From a virus (Duplodnaviria > Heunggongvirae > Uroviricota > Caudoviricetes): 18,609 nt of DNA. The position numbers and the translations under genes were made by a program. The stretch lies in IMG/VR virus record IMGVR_UViG_2534681878_000012, positions 1 to 18,609 of that record; one strand, 5' to 3'. Shown here in pieces: positions 1 through 7,648 of the stretch (position 1 is its first letter; every line of letters begins with the position of its first letter). Under the pieces are notes generated by a model that did not search any database, had not been told where the DNA came from, and worked only from the letters and a program-made list of their open reading frames with translations.

Positions 1-1055
1 TCTTCTGTTTCCTGCTTAGCAGACAGTTCGCGGTTAACTTCTTCCAGGATATCTTTTTCCGGTGTATGTCGTGCAGCAGTGAGAGTTTCCTTGCTGGGGT
101 TCTCGTGATCAGTCTCCGTTAAGTAGGCGTTGATATACCCCTGAAGGCGTCCCGGGTAGTGATAAAACTCAGGGTGAGCGCTCCGGATAAGTGCAAAAAT
201 AGCGGCGCGGGAATAGTCCAGAATACCCGGGGTTGCGCGAAGTGCTGCGGACCATTCTTTGAACGGACTTTCTCTTTTCAGGACGATTTCTTTTGCGCGA
301 CGATAAACGCTGCCCGGAATTTCATAAATATTAAAATCCATCGGAAGTGTGGCTGCTGCAATCTCCACATCCAGCGTATCGAAGGTGTGTACTAAATTCG
401 GATTGCGATCGGTTTTGTTCCCGCCACCGGCATTTGCACCGGAAGCCGTACGGGTGATACGCGAAACACGATTTCCTTTCATCCACTCTTTTGTCAGCAG
501 ACCCCGATCAGTGTAGTCAGCGTCCAGGTATGCCTCGAAAAAAGCAGTTATCAGTCCCAGGTCTGAATTACCGGGATTAGGGAAAACTTTGTCAGTGTCG
601 CGTACCAGTTTGTGAAGGTCGCGAATCTCCAGCGGGTCGAGCAGCTTTGTTTTGTGAGAAATGGCCAGGGCAGTAACAGCCGGCAGTTCTTCCGCCCGTG
701 CTATATGTAATGCCTGAAGTTCTTCCCGTGCAACGTGCGTTACTGGTTTTTCGCTGCCGTGTTGCGCAAGCCAGCGAATGGGCAGCTCCTGACCAGAAAC
801 CGGCAGGAGCATATTCTCCTCAATCTCCGTCATGTCTTCGCCGTTGACGTTGGTATTGTCAGTACTGGCTGGTTTCTCCTGCACGGAGGGAGAGGGCGCG
901 ATAAATACCATTGTAATGCCATCTTCCCCGCCTTTTTCGTATCGGTTGCAGAATTCGGTATCAAACACGCCTTCAGGTGGAAGGTCATTCACAACGGGTA
1001 AATGGACGCGAACGGGTTTTTTAAAGTCGTCTTCATCATAATCGTTGTCATCCAT
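1..1055 (-). CDS. recE: Exonuclease VIII (RecE)-like protein, N-terminal portion; gene runs off the window start (3' end not in window)
   Basis: Manual minus-strand translation gives an open frame across 1..1118 reading ...VVNDLPPEG...[38 protein letters not shown]...[12 protein letters not shown]...TETDHENP..., closely matching remembered Rac RecE. It is absent from the ORF track because no stop lies in the window. First in-frame ATG is at 1055; an MST... start with a GAGG RBS sits at 1195 in another frame. Confidence 0.6.
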   Translation of the reverse strand, partial: MDDNDYDEDDFKKPVRVHLPVVNDLPPEGVFDTEFCNRYEKGGEDGITMVFIAPSPSVQEKPASTDNTNVNGEDMTEIEENMLLPVSGQELPIRWLAQHGSEKPVTHVAREELQALHIARAEELPAVTALAISHKTKLLDPLEIRDLHKLVRDTDKVFPNPGNSDLGLITAFFEAYLDADYTDRGLLTKEWMKGNRVSRITRTASGANAGGGNKTDRNPNLVHTFDTLDVEIAAATLPMDFNIYEIPGSVYRRAKEIVLKRESPFKEWSAALRATPGILDYSRAAIFALIRSAHPEFYHYPGRLQGYINAYLTETDHENPSKETLTAARHTPEKDILEEVNRELSAKQETE

Positions 1056-1306
1056 TGCGGTAATGCAGCGGGAGATGGCAACAGATAATTTTTTGCTGTA
1101 GTCCAGTAAAAACCACCTTTAATTCCCAGACGTTTTCTGACTTTGTCATTTTTTGCTTCGCAATATAGCGCAAATTCTTCTTTATCAGTGCTCATTGATA
1201 AACCTCATTACAGATTTAAGGGTGAACAAATCCCTGCCATTGCTGGCATTTTTAATCCGTTGGTATGGTGTTAATATGGCTGGAGGGTTATCCAGCCGGT
1301 GTTTCG

Positions 1307-1477
1307 TTATTCAGGTACAGCGATTACTTTTTTTACCGGGAGGCATTCACCAGAAATTTTTTGCTCGTCTCTTGCCTGGAGGCAGGATTCTTTACTGGCA
1401 TAAATTCCGGTAATCACATTCTGTGATTCACCCGTTATAAGAAAAACCGTCATCATCAGTGCAAATGCTGAAGTCAT
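1307..1477 (-). CDS. ydfD: Small protein with hydrophobic N-terminus (56 aa), YdfD-like position downstream of dicB
   Basis: ORF below the track cutoff, found by manual translation: MTSAFALMMTVFLITGESQNVITGIYASKESCLQARDEQKISGECLPVKKVIAVPE. Its ATG overlaps the dicB stop as ATGA, indicating translational coupling. Confidence 0.45.
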   Translation of the reverse strand: MTSAFALMMTVFLITGESQNVITGIYASKESCLQARDEQKISGECLPVKKVIAVPE

Positions 1478-1662
1478 TGACGTTCTCCGAAAATACCAAG
1501 TTCAAGAAGAGCAATTCGGGAAAGTATGGAATTATCATTGAGCAGATAAGGCTCATATTTCCTCATGTTAATGGCATCTTCAGTAAACTCCCGGTTACTG
1601 AGCAGAACACCAATATCAAAACAACCTTCAGACGTATTAACGTTTGGTAATAACGTTTCCAT
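1474..1662 (-). CDS. dicB: DicB-like cell division inhibitor (62 aa)
   Basis: Internal start of track ORF 1474..1767: METLLPNVNTSEGCFDIGVLLSNREFTEDAINMRK... resembles remembered K-12 DicB. GAGG RBS 8 nt upstream; lies directly downstream of DicF as in Qin. Confidence 0.75.
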   Translation of the reverse strand: METLLPNVNTSEGCFDIGVLLSNREFTEDAINMRKYEPYLLNDNSILSRIALLELGIFGERQ

Positions 1663-1831
1663 TATCGCGTCCTCAACAATGAATTTTGTGATGCAGTGCC
1701 TGGTGCCTCCAGGTGACGTTAACCAGTTAACAATTAACGCCGGATACAGAGAATCCACCCATAACACTGTTTTTGGTTTTAACTGTTCCGCGTGCGCTTA
1801 GCCGCATTCACCGCATCACAAAATTCACTTT

Positions 1832-1889
1832 AAAAAGGGCGGCAGAGCAGCCACGGAGTAAAACTGATACCGCCAAACGTCACCAGAAA
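1832..1889 (-). ncRNA. dicF: DicF small regulatory RNA (ftsZ-targeting antisense sRNA of the dicB operon)
   Basis: Minus-strand sequence tttctggtgacgtttggcggtatcagttttactccgtggctgctctgccgcccttttt matches remembered DicF apart from one base, ends in a GC stem plus U-run, and sits between the ydfA-side genes and dicB. Ends are approximate. Confidence 0.8.
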
Positions 1890-2434
1890 ATTGATAACAG
1901 AGGGCGTTGCAGCGGGGTTGTCACTTAAGCGTATGGTCAACCTGACAACCCGGTGTCCTCAATGGGGAAGGAATAACCCCGCCATACTTACCGCCGCGCC
2001 ATTTCGCGGAGTGCCACAACCGGAAGCGCACGTTCGAAGAAATCTAACGACAAGCCTTCTAAGGGAAGAGCTTCGCCGTACGCTTTCGCGTTATGCACTG
2101 ACTTTTCAGGGAAATATCCTTTCAGTAAACTGTCAGTACCGGATTCTTATCCGTGTCCGGCGCACGACCACACGTGACAGCGTGTTGGTCTCCATTTTTA
2201 ACCCAGAACCTCAATGGAGGATAAAATGCCAAACAAAAAAGAAATCCGCTTATTGAAAAACAGATTGAATGCCTGGTAAATCAACTCAGGCAATCAGGGT
2301 TATTAAAAACTCATTCAGAGTTGAGGCTCACAGAATCAGCATTCGACGATAAATTAAATAATGTCCTTTATAATGGCATTATTGATTTTAATCGTTCTGT
2401 TGGTCGCCGCGGCCCTGCTGGTGTTTCCTTATAA

Positions 2435-3073
2435 TTACCAGTCAATCCAGAGTGGACCGTGTTCAGCGTAAATATAACTGTACACATCCAGATTATATTT
2501 GTGGTCTGTTAAGAACAGGCCGCAAATACATGCCGAAGCTTCCAGTGCAGCGGCTCTGTTACTGAATAACCATGTAGCAACATTCCAGCGTTTTTCTGCA
2601 TCCCAGTCTTTCTCAAGGCCTGATACCATGAAGAAACCGTTAGTGTTGCCATCAAATAATTCTGTTTCCAAATTTTTAAGCAATGCCTGATGGACTCTTG
2701 CCAGGTATTCCGCCGGAATTTCGCCACGAATTCTGATGAGATTGTCATAAACAAACATGTTCCCCGCATATGGCGATTTTTCTTTCTTGTTTTTTAAACC
2801 AGCATCATGAGCAAACTGATCAATTTCTTCTTCCGTTGGTTTCGTATTGATGTTTTGCGCTGTCGTTTCTGCAATTTTATTTGCCACACTCTCTGAGTCG
2901 TGTTTATTTATAGACGCACAGAAATACAATCCGGTAAACGCATCGCGCACATTACGAGCCATATTATCAGTGTCTTTTTTCGTTACCGATTCCAATTCAA
3001 GTTCGTTCAGACGATGACGAAGTGTGTGTGCTGCAATCTCCTGGATTGAAGGAGGTAAATCTTTAAATTCCAT
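2435..3073 (-). CDS. Hypothetical soluble protein (212 aa) in the leftward early operon; function unknown
   Basis: Track ORF 2435..3085; preferred start is the second ATG (MEFKDLPPSIQ...) with a GAGG RBS 6 nt upstream. No TM segments or recognisable motifs. Confidence 0.6.
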   Translation of the reverse strand: MEFKDLPPSIQEIAAHTLRHRLNELELESVTKKDTDNMARNVRDAFTGLYFCASINKHDSESVANKIAETTAQNINTKPTEEEIDQFAHDAGLKNKKEKSPYAGNMFVYDNLIRIRGEIPAEYLARVHQALLKNLETELFDGNTNGFFMVSGLEKDWDAEKRWNVATWLFSNRAAALEASACICGLFLTDHKYNLDVYSYIYAEHGPLWIDW

Positions 3074-3084
3074 CGTCAACCTCA

Positions 3085-3237
3085 TCAGTCAGTGTTTCTG
3101 GCTAACCAGCGACGCGCGCCAGCTTCAGTTTTAAACGTTTTGCTTCTGGTATACGTCATCGCGGTAAACGTGCCGTCCTGATTGGGAAACACGCCACATA
3201 CCAGAGATTCGTTGTTGCCAAGATCGATAGTATCCAT
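3085..3237 (-). CDS. ydfA: YdfA-like small protein (50 aa), first gene of the leftward operon
   Basis: Internal start of track ORF 3085..3393: MDTIDLGNNESLVCGVFPNQDGTFTAMTYTRSKTFKTEAGARRWLARNTD. GAGG RBS 5 nt upstream; its stop overlaps the first ATG of the next gene. Confidence 0.55.
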   Translation of the reverse strand: MDTIDLGNNESLVCGVFPNQDGTFTAMTYTRSKTFKTEAGARRWLARNTD

Positions 3238-3313
3238 GCTGACCTCATTTCCCCTTAACGCCGGGGTAGCGGAACTGTTTGCTGAGAACACCGTGCGGTG
3301 TCTTGATGGAGGT

Positions 3314-3364
3314 AATTTAGTTTTCTCATTATTTTTCGTCAAGGCTTTTTGATGAGAAAACTCA
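3314..3364 (-). promoter_or_regulatory. Leftward early promoter (pL-like, dicB-operon promoter) with two repressor operator palindromes
   Basis: Minus strand reads TTGACG (3337-3342), 17-nt spacer, TAAATT (3314-3319). Perfect palindrome TGAGAAAACTCA at 3353-3364 and an 11/12 copy at 3317-3328 overlapping the spacer and -10. Confidence 0.55.
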
Positions 3365-3429
3365 AGTATTGGCGCAAGATAAAGCCAATGCATTGAAATG
3401 TAAGGCTTTAAAATTTTGTGAAGGGATGA

Positions 3430-3837
3430 TTATTGATGCTTGTTGCGTTTGCGAGCCTCTAATAGCTCGGTGAACAGGCGATTAAAATTCTCAACGCGGG
3501 CGCGGAGTTCGCTGAGTTGTGCTTGTTGCTCTGATTTAGGAAGTGCGCGATACAAACGCAACATCTCTAACTCATCTTCCGATAAGTCTAAGGCACTATC
3601 GAGTGAAACAGGGGGAGTTGGTGTTTTGTCCTCGTCGCCAAACAGTATCCAGGTTGGTGAACATTGCAATACCTCGGCGAGGCGATGCAAATTTTGCCCG
3701 CGCGGGGCTGTATGGTCACTTTCCCATAATGAAATTGATGAGCCAGATACGCCAGCAGCTTTGCTTAAACCGTTTTGACTTAAGCCTACCTGCTTACGTC
3801 TTTCTCTAATGCGTTGACCTAAAGTTTTCTCGTTCAT
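3430..3837 (-). CDS. dicA: DicA-like HTH (XRE family) prophage repressor, 135 aa, no peptidase domain
   Basis: Internal start MNEKTLGQRIRERRKQVGLSQ... of track ORF 3430..3888; C-terminal ...LQCSPTWILFGDEDK.PTPPV... matches remembered K-12 DicA. Divergent from the cro-like gene. Confidence 0.8.
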   Translation of the reverse strand: MNEKTLGQRIRERRKQVGLSQNGLSKAAGVSGSSISLWESDHTAPRGQNLHRLAEVLQCSPTWILFGDEDKTPTPPVSLDSALDLSEDELEMLRLYRALPKSEQQAQLSELRARVENFNRLFTELLEARKRNKHQ

Positions 3838-3849
3838 ATTTAGATATCT

Positions 3850-3892
3850 TAATAACCCTTGACTTGAGATTCCTTGAGTGATTAGCATTGAG
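3850..3892 (+). promoter_or_regulatory. Rightward early promoter (pR-like) with overlapping operator palindrome
   Basis: TTGACT at 3850-3855, about 18 nt, TAGCAT at 3874-3879; perfect 14-bp palindrome TTGAGAAAACTCAA at 3879-3892 over the -10 and start region, same core as the two leftward sites. Confidence 0.55.
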
Positions 3893-3914
3893 AAAACTCA
3901 ATATTGGAGGTGCG

Positions 3915-4142
3915 ATGTTTAAATCAGACGTAATTAATTTTTACGGTACGAAAGCCAAAGTAGCGAAAGCTGCTGGCGTTGACCCATCTGCTGTTTCTCA
4001 ATGGCAAGAGCTGGTTCCTGAAGGTCGCGCGATGCGTCTACAGGAGGCATCTGGCGGGGGGCTTCAGTATGATCCCAAAGTTTATGACGAATATCGTAAG
4101 ACGAAGCGGGCGGGGCGGTTGAACAATGAAAATCACTCCTGA
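3915..4142 (+). CDS. dicC: Cro-like DNA-binding protein (DicC/YdaS-like), 75 aa
   Basis: Internal start MFKSDVINFYGTKAKVAKAAG... of track ORF 3888..4142 with GGAGG 8 nt upstream; C-terminal ...VPEGRAMRLQEASGGGLQYDPKVYDEYRKTKRAGRLNNENHS matches remembered DicC. Confidence 0.75.
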   Translation: MFKSDVINFYGTKAKVAKAAGVDPSAVSQWQELVPEGRAMRLQEASGGGLQYDPKVYDEYRKTKRAGRLNNENHS

Positions 4143-4677
4143 ACAGGCTCGTGAGGCTCTGGATGCCTGGATATGTCGACCAGGAATGACACAGGAGCAG
4201 GCGACGATATTAATCACTGAAGCATTCTGGGCTTTGAAAGAGCGCCCGAACATCGATGTTCAGCGTGTCACAGATGAAGGTGGCGCGGTTGATCAGCGAG
4301 CGCTTGGCGTTAATCGAGTGAAGATATTCGAACGCTGGAAGGCTATCGATACTAGGGATAAGCGTGAAAAGTTCACGGCGCTAGTGCCTGCAATTATGGA
4401 GGCTATCCGGATTAATGATTTCAGGTTGTATCGTGAAATTAGTGACGGAAAAAGCATCACGTACATGATCGCCGGGTTAAACAAAGAATATGGCGATGTG
4501 GTGGAGTCCGGGCTGCTTTTTGCGGATCCATCTGTTGTGGAACGTGAGACTGGCGAGCTTATAGAAAAAGCTATTGCTTTCAAGCATGCGTATCGTCAGC
4601 AGTATCAATATTACTTTGCAGATAAACAAATATCTGCCAGGGGTTCGTATGAGTATCGATGCACTACGATGGGCTAA
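4126..4677 (+). CDS. Hypothetical early protein (183 aa) in the cII/YdaT position after cro
   Basis: Track ORF; its start overlaps the 3' end of dicC in another frame. No confident family assignment. Confidence 0.5.
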   Translation: MKITPEQAREALDAWICRPGMTQEQATILITEAFWALKERPNIDVQRVTDEGGAVDQRALGVNRVKIFERWKAIDTRDKREKFTALVPAIMEAIRINDFRLYREISDGKSITYMIAGLNKEYGDVVESGLLFADPSVVERETGELIEKAIAFKHAYRQQYQYYFADKQISARGSYEYRCTTMG

Positions 4678-5230
4678 AAAGGTGAAAACCGGCAGTTCAT
4701 CCAGTAAGTCTGTATTGACCTGGCTTGCTGATATGTGCGGTGCCGATTTGTGTGCATACCCGTCTGTATCTGCACTGGCAGAAGTAACGGAACTGAACAA
4801 AAAGACTGTGCAGGACAGCTTACGACACCTGATGGAGATTGGGTTAATTGTTGATACCGGTGAGAGAAAAGGCAGAACAAAGCAAATTGTGGTGTACCGA
4901 CTTATCGGTGTAGAAGAAAGTGTTGCCGAGCCTGAATACACCCAAAAACGGGTGTCTTTAAAGGTGGGTAAAATTGGTGCTGTTAATAAAAACAGTACCG
5001 AAAACGGTTATGTTTCAGCACAAAAGAGCCCCAAAAACGGAACTCTTTGTTGCATGGAAAATAACCAAAGACACCCAAATTTTCCATCAAAGACACCCAA
5101 AAACGGATCACGGAACCCAAAGGAACCCAAAGATCTAAACCCCACACATAACGCACGCGAGAGTGCTCCGATCAGTGAGCAGGAAGTTTTGTCGTTACAG
5201 GCAGCCCCCATGTATTCCTGGATGGCCTGA
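4649..5230 (+). CDS. Replication initiator (lambda O-like) with N-terminal winged-helix domain and low-complexity linker
   Basis: Internal start MSIDALRWAKKVKTG... with AGGGG RBS 6 nt upstream (track ORF starts at 4574). ...VQDSLRHLMEIGLIVD... is typical of phage initiator N-terminal domains; the linker carries PKNG repeats coinciding with DNA iterons. Confidence 0.6.
   Translation: MSIDALRWAKKVKTGSSSSKSVLTWLADMCGADLCAYPSVSALAEVTELNKKTVQDSLRHLMEIGLIVDTGERKGRTKQIVVYRLIGVEESVAEPEYTQKRVSLKVGKIGAVNKNSTENGYVSAQKSPKNGTLCCMENNQRHPNFPSKTPKNGSRNPKEPKDLNPTHNARESAPISEQEVLSLQAAPMYSWMA
4997..5132. repeat. Iteron-like direct repeats (ACCCAAA(AACGG)), candidate origin of replication inside the O-like gene
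   Basis: Five CCCAAA cores (5030, 5074, 5095, 5115, 5125) plus two degenerate copies (4997, 5064), several extended to ACCCAAAAACGG, at about 10-44 bp spacing. Confidence 0.5.
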
Positions 5231-5253
5231 GCGAACCCATCGGAAAATTTCCG

Positions 5254-5688
5254 ATGACCGATAGCTGGTATCCGTCACGGGATTTTCGACGACGGGCTGC
5301 GTTGTGGGGGATGGCTTTGCCGGAGACAGAATTTACACCTGCTGAACTTACCGCATTCCGGGACTACTGGGCAGCGGAGGGGAAAGTGTTTACGCAGATT
5401 CAGTGGGAGCAGAAATTCGCCCGTCACGTAAATCACGTCAGGGCGCAGGTTAAACCAGTCAGCAAGGGGGTAAACCATGCAGCAGCACCAGGTGGCACCG
5501 CATCACGGGCAGTTCAGGAAATTCGGGCAGCACGTGAGCAGTGGGAACGTGAAAACGGATTTATCAGCGACGGAAACGGCCTGGAAGCTGTGGGAACTCA
5601 TGGGGGAGGTTTATTCGAACCGCTGGACCCAGAAGAACGGGGCCGCACCTTCGAAGCTCTGGATTGCACAGATTGGCGCGATGACTGA
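5254..5688 (+). CDS. DnaT-like replication-associated protein (144 aa as drawn)
   Basis: Track ORF; N-terminal half protein-like, C-terminal tail Gly-rich and overlapping the P-like gene out of frame; stop overlaps an in-frame P-like ATG as ATGACTGA. Confidence 0.45.
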   Translation: MTDSWYPSRDFRRRAALWGMALPETEFTPAELTAFRDYWAAEGKVFTQIQWEQKFARHVNHVRAQVKPVSKGVNHAAAPGGTASRAVQEIRAAREQWERENGFISDGNGLEAVGTHGGGLFEPLDPEERGRTFEALDCTDWRDD

Positions 5689-6142
5689 GCAGCAAATCCG
5701 GCAGGTCTGCCGCCAGTGCATGGACCGCTGCCGGGCGGGTGAAACATGGCCTCCGGACCTGGCTGAGTTTGTGGCGCTGATTTCGGAAAGCGGGGCCAAT
5801 CCATTTGGCCTGACGGTGGATGCTGTGATGGAGGAGTATCGCCGCTGGCGTAATGAGTCCTGGCGATATAACGGAAGCGACAAATATCCGTGGCCTCAGC
5901 CTGTGCTGTATCACATTTGCCTCGAGATGCGTTCAAAGGGGATTGAACGCCAGATGACCGAAGGGGAATTAAAACGGCTTGCAGAACGGCAGCTGACGAA
6001 ATGGGCAAAGCATGTTAGTAACGGCCTGAGCGTTCCGCCAGTACGGCGACAACTGGCGGCACCAAAACGCCCGTTGGGACCAACGCCAATTGAGTTGCTG
6101 AAACAGGAGTATGAACGCCGGAAAGCGGCTGGTTTTGTCTGA
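5477..6142 (+). CDS. Replication protein P-like (helicase loader homolog), 221 aa
   Basis: Track ORF with AGGGGG RBS about 6 nt upstream. ...ETWPPDLAEFVAL...YPWPQPVLYHICLEMR...TEGELKRLAERQL... resembles remembered lambda P. Start uncertain: 5477, 5600 or 5681. Confidence 0.55.
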   Translation: MQQHQVAPHHGQFRKFGQHVSSGNVKTDLSATETAWKLWELMGEVYSNRWTQKNGAAPSKLWIAQIGAMTEQQIRQVCRQCMDRCRAGETWPPDLAEFVALISESGANPFGLTVDAVMEEYRRWRNESWRYNGSDKYPWPQPVLYHICLEMRSKGIERQMTEGELKRLAERQLTKWAKHVSNGLSVPPVRRQLAAPKRPLGPTPIELLKQEYERRKAAGFV

Positions 6143-6176
6143 TTTGAGAAGTAATTTTTATCCGGAGGAAATTTTA

Positions 6177-6947
6177 ATGGGAACCGTATTGCATGCACTG
6201 AAAGCGATGGGTAAAGCCAATTCTGTTGAACTGGCGGCGCGGCTTGATATCAGCCGTGAAGAAGTTCTCAACGAACTGTGGGAACTCAAAAAAAATGGCG
6301 TTGTTGATAAAACGGGTCACACCTGGTTTCTGGCTGTCGAAGGCGAATCCGGGGTAACCGAAGGGCAGGCACTACAACCTGAAGCGCCGGATGTGGTAAC
6401 CGAAGAGGTCGCTCCAAAAGTTAGCGCTGACATGATGATTGAGTTTATCGCTCAGGAGGGGGCTAAAACCTGTGAAGAAATAGCGGGTAAGTTCGGTGTC
6501 AGTACTCGCAAGGTTGCTTCCACGCTGGCGGTGGTAACCGCAACGGGGCGGCTGGCACGCGTTAATCAGAACGGTAGATTTCGTTACTGCATGCCGGGCG
6601 ATAATTTACCAGCAGAGCCGAAAGCCGCGCTGGTAACGGAAAATGATGGTAAGGCCTTTCCTCAGCCAGCAGGTGCTGCGTTACCAGTCCGGGAAGCCGC
6701 AACACAGGAAGAAATTAAAACAGAAACTGTGGCGGACATTGTGCAGCCGTTGCCATCGTTTACCGAAACGCAAGCAGATGAGCTGATTTTTCCGTCCCTT
6801 CGCAGGGCAAACCTGGCGCTGCGCAGGGCGAAAAGTGATGTTCAGAAGTGGGAGCGAGTCTGCGCCGCGCTGCGGGAGCTGAACAAGCACCGGGATATTG
6901 TTCGACAGATTACTGATTCTTCCCGCCGTGTTGTATCGGAAAAGTGA
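6177..6947 (+). CDS. Hypothetical protein with two predicted winged-helix-like segments (DUF1627-like, from memory)
   Basis: Internal start MGTVLHALKAMGK... of track ORF 6111..6947 with GGAGG RBS; HTH-like stretches at N-terminus and mid-protein. Confidence 0.55.
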   Translation: MGTVLHALKAMGKANSVELAARLDISREEVLNELWELKKNGVVDKTGHTWFLAVEGESGVTEGQALQPEAPDVVTEEVAPKVSADMMIEFIAQEGAKTCEEIAGKFGVSTRKVASTLAVVTATGRLARVNQNGRFRYCMPGDNLPAEPKAALVTENDGKAFPQPAGAALPVREAATQEEIKTETVADIVQPLPSFTETQADELIFPSLRRANLALRRAKSDVQKWERVCAALRELNKHRDIVRQITDSSRRVVSEK

Positions 6948-6962
6948 TTGCCGGAGGCGCTT

Positions 6963-7355
6963 ATGGCAAAAGTATTTACACCAGAAGAGCGGGAAGAAGT
7001 GAAGGCGCGCATTGTGGAATTCGTGCGCCTGAGCGGACGAGAAACTTTTCGACAACTGGCAGATAAAACGGGTGTCAGTAAGACCGCTATTCGTTGTTTA
7101 TCTGGTGCGCTTGCGGCCAGTGGTGATGTCTGGCTCTCTGGTTGCGGGGTATTTCTATCAGAGCAGGCGTATCGCGTATGGCGCAAGACACCGGAGAAGG
7201 CTGCTGACCCGACACTGATTCGAAAGTTACCTGACGGAGAAATACGTCGTTACAACAGACGGCAGAACATAATTTGTCGTGAGTGCCGCCAGAGCGAAGT
7301 TATGCAGCGTGTGCTGGCGTTCTATCGGGGTAATTTTCAGGAGGTGATGGAGTGA
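6963..7355 (+). CDS. Hypothetical protein (130 aa) with HTH-like segment
   Basis: Internal start MAKVFTPEER... with GGAGG 6 nt upstream (track ORF 6948..7355); stop overlaps the next gene's GTG as GTGA. Confidence 0.55.
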   Translation: MAKVFTPEEREEVKARIVEFVRLSGRETFRQLADKTGVSKTAIRCLSGALAASGDVWLSGCGVFLSEQAYRVWRKTPEKAADPTLIRKLPDGEIRRYNRRQNIICRECRQSEVMQRVLAFYRGNFQEVME

Positions 7356-7648
7356 GGGTGAGAGTTTATATTGCCGGTCCAATGACGGGATATGAAAATT
7401 TCAACCGTGAGGCGTTTCACAAGGCGGAAGAGGAACTGAAACGGGAAGGGCATACCGTCTTAACTCCGGCAGTACTTCCGGACGGGCTGACACAGCCGCA
7501 CTACATGGATATTTGCATGGCAATGATTCGTTGTGTGGATGCGATTTACATGCTGAATGGCTGGCAGCGGTCAGCGGGCGCTAAGGCAGAGCTGGCACTG
7601 GCGGAGAAACTGGGGCATGCGGTGATTTATCAGGAGGTGGCTCGATGA
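7352..7648 (+). CDS. DUF4406 / nucleoside 2-deoxyribosyltransferase-like small protein (98 aa)
   Basis: GTG start; N-terminal VYIAGPMTGYENFNREAFHKAEEEL... is the Rossmann-like signature of the NDT/DNPH1-like fold; stop overlaps the next ATG as ATGA. Confidence 0.6.
   Translation: MRVRVYIAGPMTGYENFNREAFHKAEEELKREGHTVLTPAVLPDGLTQPHYMDICMAMIRCVDAIYMLNGWQRSAGAKAELALAEKLGHAVIYQEVAR

Noticed and set aside
159-1041. Plus-strand track ORFs 159..395, 735..1001 and 832..1041
   Set aside because: They lie antisense to the well-supported recE-like frame and have no RBS or recognisable motifs.
1279-1298. Hairpin GGCTGGA-GGGTTA-TCCAGCC between ydfD and the recE-like start
   Set aside because: 7-bp stem but no U-run on either strand; possibly an RNA processing site, but too weak to call a terminator.
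1153-1801. Plus-strand track ORFs 1153..1413, 1459..1650 and 1565..1801, and the extended 97-aa form of the dicB ORF
   Set aside because: Antisense to ydfD and dicB, or an upstream read-through frame; the real dicB start is the internal ATG at 1662 with an RBS.
1891-2256. 121-aa plus-strand ORF
   Set aside because: Lies antisense within the likely DicF precursor segment; Arg-rich composition with no RBS or motif.
2361-2471. 36-aa hydrophobic plus-strand ORF (MSFIMALLILIVLLVAAALLVFPYNYQSIQSGPCSA), possible type I toxin-like peptide
   Set aside because: No Shine-Dalgarno sequence and it overlaps the 3' end of the convergent 212-aa gene; cannot be separated from chance.
3440-3809. Plus-strand ORFs 3440..3778 and 3543..3809
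   Set aside because: Antisense to the DicA-like repressor gene.
4038-4941. Minus-strand ORFs 4038..4253, 4293..4583, 4477..4941 and 4674..4880
   Set aside because: Antisense to the cro-like, YdaT-position and O-like genes; low-complexity Ser-rich translations.
5564-6198. Minus-strand ORFs antisense to the P-like gene
   Set aside because: Pro/Arg/Ser-rich, typical of antisense frames in GC-richer coding DNA; the plus-strand P-like frame has homology support.
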